A stretch of 64,000 nt of DNA. Origin: Marsupella aquatica. Its lineage: Eukaryota; Plantae; Marchantiophyta. This document shows, piece by piece, positions 1 through 9,997 of this stretch. Both the position numbers and the translations under genes were made by a program. The notes under the pieces are model-generated. The model did not search any database, was not told where the DNA came from, and worked only from the letters and a program-made list of their open reading frames with translations. The stretch lies in assembly GCA_973895155.1 (NCBI GenBank), contig OZ316894.1, forward strand, positions 21,547,867 to 21,611,866. The letters run 5' to 3'. The first letter of the stretch is position 1; every line of letters starts with the position of its first letter.

Positions 1-138
1 TTAGATTATGGCGAATTCTCACTACGGCACGGACCACGGAGGACTGGATGCGACCACGCAGTGTACAACTTTAAGTTACGTTGTGGTAAACTGCAGAGTT
101 TGGCCCTCACAAGAACAGTGAGTACAAATCATTAAGAG

Positions 139-219
139 GGGGCCCATCAGGGAAAAAAAGTTCCCCAGGGGCCCATCAGGTAAGAAAGGTTCGTAGAGGG
201 CCCATCAAGCATATATCTC
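139..219. mobile_element. Terminal fragment (one TIR-like end) of a Mutator-like/MITE element
   Basis: Three GGGCCCATCA motifs ending in ...CCCATCAAGCATATATCTC. The same terminus type recurs at 20530-20552 (GGGTCCCATCAAGCAAATACCTC) and 22181-22202. The partner end is not in the window. Confidence 0.45.
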
Positions 220-389
220 CTCTTTTTTGTGAATACATACTTTGCCTCTCTGTTTAGTCTAATTGTTAAATTGCCACCTATTTTCATTTTTGGTTAACAA
301 ACAAGTAACTCTGATTAGCTTGGAATGATCCAACAGTCAACATCCTGCCTATTTTCATCATCAGAGAATTATCACCCGTCTCAACTTAA

Positions 390-408
390 ACCACAGCTGC
401 CAGTATAA
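390..408 (+). repeat. Left terminal inverted repeat of Kolobok-like element
   Basis: ACCACAGCTGCCAGTATAA, a 19-bp perfect match to the reverse complement of 8413-8431, preceded by TTAA. Confidence 0.9.
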
Positions 409-2294
409 AAGGGCCCTTGGTCTGCCCGCCTAGTCATTCTTTGCTGCCCGGATGCACAGTGATCCCGGGTGAACAGCTCCTTTGGCCCGACAACTTTTCC
501 GCTTTCCTCTCCAACGCCAGGTGAGTGAAACGCATGCATGACTTTGCAAGTGACAAAGCCTGTGTGTGTGACTGCCCCATCTCTCCTTCGCGCACTGACA
601 TAGCTGTGCGTCGCTGTCCAGCCTTTCCACTCGTTTTGGATCAATCAAAGTTACTTTTCGGATTGGTATTGTTGACGACATTGGCTTTGGTGTTTACTTT
701 GCATTGGAACTCGTCCCACTTGGTGTCATCGCTAGGGATTGTTATCAGGTACATATGAATTCAATAGACTACTTTTGGTTCCTTCAACGGCTGCTGAATT
801 GCAGTTTTCACCGACAGCAATCAGCATTCCTTCACTTCCACAAGTTTGTACTTCGCAGTTTTTACTCGATTTGAACCAGACCCGATTTGAAGCAGAAGCA
901 TCGTCTCACCTCTGTTTTACATTCACCTTCTTGTCATAGAGTAGCTTACTTCGGCCAGAATTTCATTGGCGAATTTCTGTGGAGCTGTTGTGATCGTTTC
1001 TAATCTGGGTGAGTGATCGTGGTATGTGTCGCCTCCAATCTGTAGTCTGCCTCGATCATCCTTTGAGTCCTCAATTGAGTCAGGGCAGCAGGCAGTAGTC
1101 TAAGATACCTGATCCCCAGACATTTCCAGCTTTTCTGTCTATCTTTTTTCTCTTGGAGTATATTGTTGAACGGACCTCAGTCTTTTAGTAGTCCTCTTTT
1201 GTACAGCACAAGCGATAAGCGATAAGCGATAAGGCACAACGACAAGCGATAAGGGATAAGCGCAATAAGGTGGAAATCCGGTGTTGGGCTTGTGCAGCTT
1301 CGCCCCGTTTAGGCCAATCACTATCACTATCTCACCCTAGCTAATTACTAATTGGAATGGCAACTCGGAGAAGGAATTATTGTAGCAGCTTTATCATACA
1401 CATTGAAACAGCGAAAGACACAAAGACGATGACATCGCGATATAGAAGGACATTTCAATTTGCTGGTGACATCAGCCCTATTGGCAGTGCTAGCTTGCTA
1501 CCTGACGGATCAATTCTTCACGACCTCTACCTCCACCGTTCCACTACTCCCTTCTCCTTTGTCGCTCTGCTGTTGCTGCTAAAGTTCTCCATCATCGACC
1601 AGCTAGCTACGTCCTTATCCAACGCTTTCCACCGGAACATACTTACACCGGACATTTCATTGTTGCGTGGTGTGCATATGCAAATAGCTAGTAAGGTCAA
1701 TTGTGCTTGTAATTGTGATGTGCAAATATTAATTTCTGCAACTCCGTAGCTCTCTAAAAGCGAAAACAACTTCGACGTCACTCACTAATTCCTTTGCCTC
1801 AATAATGTCGAGCCTTCGTAAGAAAGTCCAAGGTGTCATCCAGTATCGACACAACTCCTTTACCATGTTTTCAGTACGGGAGTCACGACACAACTCCTTT
1901 ACCATGTAATCAGTATGGGAGTCACCATGCATGTCATCAGTCCCGTAGTCAAATTGACCATGTAGTCAGTATGCCTGTCAAGATCATGTTGGGAAGCCGA
2001 GCCCTTTTTGTTGGATATCATTCTTACATTCATCATACTGATTTCTCCAAAGGTACTTTCTTTCAAGTACTGAGAGACGTGAAGCTAGAGAAAAGAGGAG
2101 GAAGGACAACCGGCCTTATCTGCCACGAATATTCAGGTTCTTCACCCAAGTCACTCCATGGTACCCCGTGAAGTGGTCTCCATTTATCATAATGCAGTTT
2201 GAGTTCCACTATAGAGAGTCATTGTGACCGATTCCATGTTCAAATATTTTATTTTTCAAAGTACTTTGCTTTTGTCAGACTTCTTTACTTGCAA

Positions 2295-2933
2295 ATGGAA
2301 GAAGATGGAACCAGGATCGTTGCTTTGGTCATGGCTTGCAATCAACATGTCAAAAAAGATTGGCGTTACTGGACAGTTCCTTTTATGAAGCCTTCACAAC
2401 AATTGTTCATAGTTGGCAACAGACATAAGAGTTGTGATGTTTTGAGGTAATTGTTTTCACCCTCCATTGTTCTTATGTCATTCCACATCTTGGCTTTGAC
2501 TAACATCTACCTTTCTTATGGCAGTCCTAGAAGAATGACCAACAGGCAGAGAACCAAGGTTAAATTGAGTGAATGCGATGATGGGTCCTACATGTTGCTT
2601 TGGCAAGATGCCCAAGCTGAACACGAGGCTCCTCCCATCCAACGGAGGACAACCTTAGACGAGATCCGATCTGATTTCCCTGAGTTTTGTCGTGTGGTCA
2701 CAGAATATCACGATGACCTCAATCCAGTTGTACCTTTGGACCAACTTTTGATTTGTGCTGCATATAGTTATGTGGATAGTGTGAAGAAGCGGAAACGTTA
2801 CCAAGTGTACACGCACTTGGCTTGGGTATGTGGGTATGCAGAGCGAACAAAGTTCCCAGATGCAGTGGAAGCAGTCATCAAAGCAACATGGCATGACCCA
2901 CATGAGGAATTTGTAGGATTTCGCCCATATTAG
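2295..2933 (+). CDS. KolX-like accessory protein (P2X7-ballast/nanor-like C-terminus); predicted exons 2295-2446 and 2525-2933, 5' end uncertain
   Basis: C-terminal KRKRYQVYTHLAWVCGYAERTKFPDAVEAVIKATWHDPHEEFVGFRPY fits the KolX pattern R-Y-x-x-Y...G...R...P-x-x-V-x-x-x-I...P...Y/F-x-G-F. GT-AG intron 2447-2524 joins in frame. The gene converges on the transposase inside the TIRs. Confidence 0.7.
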
Positions 2934-3854
2934 TCTTTAATCTTGTAATGTCCTTTGCATACTTATAATCTAAATAAAATCCTTTTTTGGGGATTGAACT
3001 CTCGCTGGTCGGCAGCACAAGGGGTTCAAATCCCCTTGGGAGTAATTTGTTCATACATGTGATAAGAAAATTCACCTCTTCTGGTCCCTAGATCTAATTC
3101 TCAACTATGGATTGTATCTAAGTATGTTGTGAGTATCCTTTTAGAAATGTTGAAAGTCTATAAACTGTTGTCATCCATTTTAGTTTGGCAGTACCCCCCC
3201 TTTTACCAAAATAAAAGTCTTCTTCAAAAAAATGTTGGCTTTCCAAACTAGGATAATAAGCATAAGTAGTTTGTGTTATTATAATATAATATTGTATTTT
3301 ATTTCTCCATAGAAGATTTGTGTCACATTATCAAACAATTGTGTATACATATGGGTTGATGGTTTACCAAATTGCAGGTTCACAAATTAATGCTTTATAC
3401 ACCGTACCCTAGTTATATTGAACACAATATTTAGGTCCAACATGATTAGAATCAAATAAGTCCCCAATTGTACAAAACATAAAAAAACATTTTTGAGAAT
3501 GAGACAAAGCTAGTTGCACCAATGTATTACAACTTGTACATGACACAAGAAAACAAATCAATAATAAATAATGTATATAATGTTGTACAATCATGCTAAA
3601 CACTAAAAATACCAAGTGCCTCTATAATTATATGGAAGTAAAATGCTCATAGGTCGTAGCTTGATATCTTCAAAGAAACAACTCTCTGCAATAATAATGT
3701 GATGCAATCAATTCATAGAACAATTAGACTAATTGTGAACATAAATTAAAAATAGGGTATTTGGTCATATCCATCCTCAATGCAATGTATGTGAACAAAA
3801 ACAAATGTGACTTTGAGGGCCAAAAATAATTACCTGATGTATGTTGGTTTAGGT

Positions 3855-6800
3855 CTAAGGTAGTCCATAGATACGTGCACTCGTCTGCTCCTTCCAACTT
3901 GTGGTACGATCCACTAATACTCGTGAATGAGAGGGTCTATCGCGAACCACTGTGTTCATTGCACGACGATCACGAACCTTCCAAACATGTCTCCTAATAT
4001 TTTCATTCCAATCCATAGCAGTACAACATAAGCGCGCGTCATGAGTAGCTGGAAAATGGATACGCTTTATGGCATACTTGCCCATTACAGAATGAAATGT
4101 TTCAGACATGAAGTTCTCACGGGCCATGGTATAAAATCGCATTTTTTCTGGCCTTATGTACTTGGCCATAAAAGCTTTCATGGCCTTATGAGTTTCCCCA
4201 CCTGCATAATTTCCAACAACAGAAATGGTTATTTAAATCCTAATTACTATATCATCCAACATCCAAAATAACACTTTGTCTAAAAATTCATGAATACTCA
4301 TGGACAGGTGAAGTGTATAAGTTACCTCTCTCATAGTACAAGTCCAGCTGTAATGCATTAGGTTCTCCAAGATGCTGACAAGGGCGATCTGATAGTGTCA
4401 TGCACCTTTCATGATCACCAGCCCAATGATCTGCGCAATTTCCTAACTCAAAAGCCAGGGATTCACTATCTCCACCCCTGCATTGCAAAGTAGTGAGAAA
4501 TAAATATAAACAAAGTACATATTGAACTTCATGTACCAAATATTTATGAAGCTAGCATTACAAACAATATGCAAGACTTTAGTATTGGCATACCTGTTTT
4601 TACATGTTCGGGAACACACATAGAACCAGGTCTTAAATTTGCTTGCCAAATTGTGCTATGTTAACTCTGGAAACTTCAGACCACGCGTAGCAATATGTAC
4701 AAGGTCCTCCTCAGGCAACCCAAGCAAATCAGCAACTCGATGAACTAACTCCTCCTTCCTCAGGTTAGAGTAGCCTCTAATACCCCGATCCTTCAACCAG
4801 TCTTTCAATTTTTTATTTGTAACGGCTTGCAAATTAGAACGAGATGTCACAGTGTCTATGTCAATGGTAAGGGTAAATGTGACACTTGACAACTTGTCCA
4901 CAAATTTCCTTACCAGATTTTTTGCCTTGTGCCATAAATCCTTATGGTTTGTAAATCCCATGTCCTCAATAATTCTATCAATGGTACCTTTATCATCATG
5001 GATAACCTCTGTAATGACCACTCCTGCGTCCGTAAGAGTATCTAGTACCCTTCTTGCTCCTATCTCCTCCATGTACCAAGAATTATTCTCTTCCCTTCTG
5101 CTCACAGTGGTCATCTCAAGAACCCTATTATCGTAACTATCAATGATAGAGGAAGTACCATGATACCCACTCCGAGAAGAATCCCAACGACAATCTAGAT
5201 ACACAACTAGTCCAGGATCTGCAAGAAAACCAAGAATATATTATGCTCGGAAAAAGTATTCTAAAAAATCATTCAATCATAGTATAATGCATACATGTCT
5301 TTCATGTTTGATCAAAACCTTTGTAACGACGATAAAAAATACAATTTTGCGGTACAAAACTTAAAAAACTGAACTAAATTATACATATAATAACTTAAAT
5401 TAGTAGTTTAATTTGAAGACCTTCATGTACTGCACGTTGCTGCTCAAGTCGGGTTTTTACATCCTCCCACACCTTGCTTTTGTTTACCTCCCATTGCTGC
5501 TTTACAACATCTATCCATCCTACTTGAGGTCGTCGTCTTCCACTCTGAAAATCATGCCAATGGGTTGCAGAAGGAACATGCAAACCTAAATGCGATGTCA
5601 ATGCGGCTAGAGCTGTAAATGTAAGACCAACACATAGAGTGGAATGATACAGCATAGGAGTAATCAATGGTGAATTCCTCCCAGACTCATTCTCACCAGT
5701 GACAAACGTCCACCCATGTCCATGTTGCCCACAACTGATCCTAATAGACCAAACTTGTTGCAACTCACCAATACGCTCCACTGTAGGAGTCAATGCACAT
5801 CCAGGTATATGACACGTAGGAAGTAGTCTCTGAACAAAAGTATGAACTAGTTGTCGTTCAAAAAATGCTACTGTAGCCGGTCGACGAGGTGGAGACCTAC
5901 GTGTAACGGGTGGGTCAAAGGTAGGTGGTTCCGATTGCGAGTTTGGGACTAAGGATGGTTGCGAGGCATATCGTTCCGGTGATTGGGAATCCAAGTTTAC
6001 CACCTCCTAATTCAATACAAATATTTATATTATTAAAAGGAATGCAAATAAAACACAAAGTGTCACAGGTGTAAAAATAGAGTGTGGTTGGAAAAACTTA
6101 ATGTGTATGGATTGTAAATTGTTGCACCTCCTCCACAACCTCCTCGTGTATAGGAGCTCCTAAAGCATGAAGAACCGTTGTGTCTTCATCTCGAAACATG
6201 GCTTCATCCTCTGCATCTGATGGGTATTGCTCAACAATATGCTCCTGCAATTCCTCTTGCTCTTCCGTCAGTGCATCACTTGTTATAGACTGTTGACTCT
6301 GTAAAAAATAACCAAAGATGTAACAACATTATGGACTGGTTATGGTTTTGGAAAATAGGACTTGCAAAAGTCCACATCAACAACCCTAAAGAAAAAATTA
6401 TCCCAAAACAACACAAGCAAAACAAAGAAAAAATAATGTACCACATAGAAATAAATTTCTTTTTACGTTGAATAAATACAGAAATAATGTAGAAGACATA
6501 ACAGAATTATTTACAAACATACATCACATAAATCCGTAAGCTGGCCCTTACTGTTGCTAGGATCCATAAAACTCGACGAAGCTCCAATGTCGGTCGCTGA
6601 TGCAAGTTCATCTTGTAGCATTCTAGCAACTTGTGCTACTTGCCATCTCCTCAAATGCTCAACCCTATCTCGCACTTCATGAAACAACCACTCAATGACA
6701 ATTGAGTGTGTAGTATGTTCATCACCAAGTAAGACTCTCAATTCCTCCCATTCATTCCACAAGTGAAGAGGGACTCGGATTGCAGGCCTTGCATCCGGTC

Positions 6801-6921
6801 TCCGAACCCTTTTATAGTCTATGTCATCACTAGGGTATTTTTTTCTCGGAGGGCCACCATGTTGAGGAGGGCGCTTTCGCTGGTGTGAGGGACGATGACG
6901 TGGGTCATCCTCTGTACTCAT
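3855..6921 (-). pseudogene. Kolobok-type DDE transposase, 6 exons (6921-6523, 6298-6128, 6006-5421, 5218-4594, 4477-4326, 4201-3855), ~759 codons, with one in-frame TAG at 4656-4658
   Basis: All five introns are GT-AG and keep frame. Motifs: CHIPGC...SCGQHGH zinc finger, VYLDCRWDS (first D), EVIHDDK (second D), HKDLWHKAKN, DHWAGDHERC, and MSETFHSVMGKYAIKRIHF...ARLCCTAMDWNEN (E), matching Kolobok transposase signatures. Confidence 0.85.
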
Positions 6922-7274
6922 GGTGAAAAAATATAGTCTCTACCGCATTTGACTCAAATCATCAGCTGGAAAAAAGTTGGATGTCAAACACTTAGAAGTA
7001 CTAGCAAAATATCATTTAAAAACACATAACAAACAACAATGACCACATAGTGGTGCATTAATAATGTACAAGGTGGCTTTATGCCTCTTTATGCATGGTT
7101 CACCTCATGGCCAATGTACTCTTCTTTTCATTTTATGGGCTCCTCACAATTCTTTGTCTAAGCTCTCCTTTCATACACCGAGCACACATTCTTTGTAAAC
7201 ATACAGATTGTCAAAAGTAGTGGCTACTCCCTTCCTTCTAATGAACTAGTGTGCACATATTTTTTGGAAAAACA

Positions 7275-7459
7275 CATATTGTAGAGAGCTTCCGCTACTC
7301 CCCTAGCCTCCTTCTTACGAGTACATATACCGGGACATATATAGTGAAACATATACAGTAAAAAGCATATTGTAGAGAGCTTCCGCTACTCCCCTAGCCT
7401 CCTTCTTACGAGTACATATACCGGGACATATATAGTGAAACATGTACAGTAAAAAGCAA
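7275..7459. repeat. Tandem duplication, 91-bp unit x2, inside the Kolobok element upstream of the transposase
   Basis: CATATTGTAGAGAGCTTCCGCTACTCCCCTAGCC... starts at both 7275 and 7366, near-identical. Confidence 0.9.
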
Positions 7460-8412
7460 GTGAAAAGCATAGACTCTTGCACCTCCGTTTGACTCCCGCG
7501 CCTCCGTTCGACTCTCACACCGTACCGCCTCTACTTCGCACCTCCTCACCTCGCCTCTCTTTCCTTCGGGGCTGCGACGACGAGCCCCTCCTCTACCTTG
7601 CCTTCATCTTCATGCACGCCACAATTTGCAAAAGCAACAGCGCTTGTTCTACGGCGCCGATAAAGTAAACATGAAATAATATTTGAACAGGATCTAATTC
7701 ATAAGTCCTTCATTAGGAGCGGGTAGCCTTGGCACTCCGTTCGCCATGTGTCCAGGTAATATTCGTCGTCTCCAACTGCCCTCCCCTACCTCATCGCTCT
7801 TTCCTTCCAGGCGCTGCAACAATGCACCCCGCCCCCCATATTTAGAGTTCATCAAAAGGCCAAGCGTGACCTCCGGCGCCGGCGAGGTCTGATCCCTGGA
7901 CCTCCTGGGTGCAAGTGAGAGTGTGTTACCAGCAGAGCCGTCCAGGCTGTTCGAGTGTGAATGCAAACAAAAGTGTATATGAACATGAGGGAGATCCTCA
8001 GTAGGCCTGCGTTGGCTTAGGATTGCCTCGGCCCTCTGTCCGCCATGTGTGGCTGCTATGGCTCATCATCCCCAACCTGCCCTCCGTCGGCCTAGGGCTA
8101 ATCTAAGAGCCCATCTTCTTTCCTGCCATGTGTAGGGTCAAAAGGGGAGAGGTTTGAACACACGACCTCCTCATTGGCAAGGAACAACACTACCAATGGA
8201 ACAGCTCAACGTCATACCTGGAGTGACGGTACCAACTGGTAATAAACAAGTTTCAAAATGTAGTGACCCGGTAAGCCGGCCTGGCAGTCGCGACTGTCTA
8301 GCCGGGCTGCCCGACGGCAATCCTGCCCGTGTGCCTTGCTTCTCCGTACATTACTCGCGTATCACTACTTTGTTCTGTGTATAATGAGGGGCTACGGGTT
8401 ACCCGTAGCCTC

Positions 8413-8431
8413 TTATACTGGCAGCTGTGGT
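8413..8431 (-). repeat. Right terminal inverted repeat of Kolobok-like element
   Basis: TTATACTGGCAGCTGTGGT followed by TTAA. It is preceded by the 21-bp palindrome GGCTACGGGT-T-ACCCGTAGCC (8390-8410). Confidence 0.9.
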
Positions 8432-9129
8432 TTAACCTCAACACCCTCACCCACCGATGGGGTAGCCAACCAGGAGGGGGTTGGAGCAGGTTGTGGCAGG
8501 AGCAAAGTAAAGAGACCCACTCAACCCAATGTTGATGGTTGGAAACAATGTTGCGGTTAGTGTAAAGGACATGAATGACACCCTCATAGTCAACCTGGTT
8601 GCAAGTTGACAGTAGGATTGTTTCTAGGTAACTAGAGTTGATTTGCTAAACCAGTATCGAAATGGATGACAACTAAATAACTAAAGGAAAAGAGTGGCAA
8701 AGTATGTATTTGGACAAAGAAGAGTGGCAATAAAAACAGTTTTTCTGCTGAGGTTCCTGGAGACCAGAATGCAGAGGGCTGGGTCACGGGAAATAATTTG
8801 CGGTTTCCAAAAAAGGCTATCGCACTAACTTGGTGGTCAGTGCACTAGCGTCCCCAATAATACTTGGTTCCCGTAAGTGAGTCTGTGCCTTCATGAATTT
8901 GTCGACACTCCAAAAAATGACGATGACATGAACAGGTGTCGTCTAACCAGAAACCCTTGGGTTAAGTTTACCTGAAAGTTGGGTTTGGTCAGGTTGACGG
9001 ATGCAATTTCCCGTACCTACTGACCGTGGAAAAACATACCTACTGACTGGGAAAAGGGTGAAATAGGTGGTTTGAGAGGCCCTAGTAAATCAACACTCTG
9101 TATAATGCTCTCCTTAGAAGTCCTTTGTC

Positions 9130-9900
9130 CTGAATCTTACTTATCAAGGTTGCACTTATCCGGGATTGCACTTATCTGGCTTTCACTTATCAAAGTTGCA
9201 GTTATCCAGGATCTCAGTTATCAAAGGTGCACTTATCTGGGTTTCACTTATGATAGTTGCAGTTATCCTGGATCTCACTTATCAAGGTTGCACTTATCTG
9301 GGGTTTTCACTTATCATGGTTGCACTTATCCTGGATCTCACGTATCAAGGTTGCACTTATCCAGGATTGCACTTATCGGACATTCACTTATCGGTGTTGC
9401 AGTTATCCAGGGTTTCACTTATCATGGTGCACTTATCCAGGGTTTCACTTATCATGGTGCACTTATCCGGGGTTTCACTTATCCTGGATTTTAGTAGTGG
9501 CTGTGAAGAAAAAGGCCCTTGTTGTGTATTATTTTATAATAAATAATTGATTTATAGATTGAAATGAAATACACATAACAATTGAATTAAATCATAAATG
9601 TGTTATTTATTTATAAATTTAATGAATAGTGGTGTCTCTTGAATAAGCCTTTTTATGTAACCAATCATAAAAAGAATAAAAATCATTTGATTAACCAAAA
9701 GTGATTTTTGGAATGGACAGCCTTTTCACTTATCCTGGATCTCACTTATCAAGGTTGCACCTATCCTACACACTTATTAACATTGGATCTCAATTATCGA
9801 AGGTGCACTTATCCGGGGTTTCACTTATCATGGTTGCACTTATCGTGGCTTTCACTTATCAAGGTGCTTTCACTTATCAAGGTTGCACTTATCGAGGTCT
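9130..9900. repeat. Two blocks (~9135-9490 and ~9725-9900) of a ~15-16-bp minisatellite built on CACTTATC, separated by an AT-rich spacer
   Basis: About 25 exact CACTTATC cores, alternating TCACTTATCAAGGTTG and CACTTATCCNGGG/AT units. Flanked by an imperfect ~30-bp direct repeat containing CTCCTTAGAAGTC (9110-9122 and 9919-9931). Confidence 0.9.
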
Positions 9901-9997
9901 CAGTGTAAAATGCTTCTCCTCCTTAGAAGTCTTTGTGGTGGAGCATACGGCGAAGTGACAAGCCGAGAGACATAACAAATTCACGAAGCTAGCATCC

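Larger units (their letters stand above)
386..8435. mobile_element. Kolobok-like DNA transposon, full length (element 390-8431, TTAA target-site duplication at 386-389 and 8432-8435)
   Basis: TTAA-ACCACAGCTGCCAGTATAA (386-408) is the exact reverse complement of TTATACTGGCAGCTGTGGT-TTAA (8413-8435). It encloses a Kolobok-type DDE transposase (- strand) and a KolX-like gene (+ strand) in tail-to-tail orientation, the canonical Kolobok layout. Confidence 0.9.

Noticed and set aside
430-1750. Possible third gene in the left arm of the Kolobok element
   Set aside because: Only short or interrupted ORFs without recognisable motifs, so it cannot be supported.
386-8435. piggyBac assignment based on TTAA duplication
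   Set aside because: Termini are not CCC/CCY-type, transposase motifs are Kolobok-like, and a KolX-like partner gene is present.
9072-9550. Three overlapping ORFs (97-140 aa) with repetitive HLS/TYP/LI sequences
   Set aside because: Artefacts of the stop-free CACTTATC minisatellite, open in all three frames.
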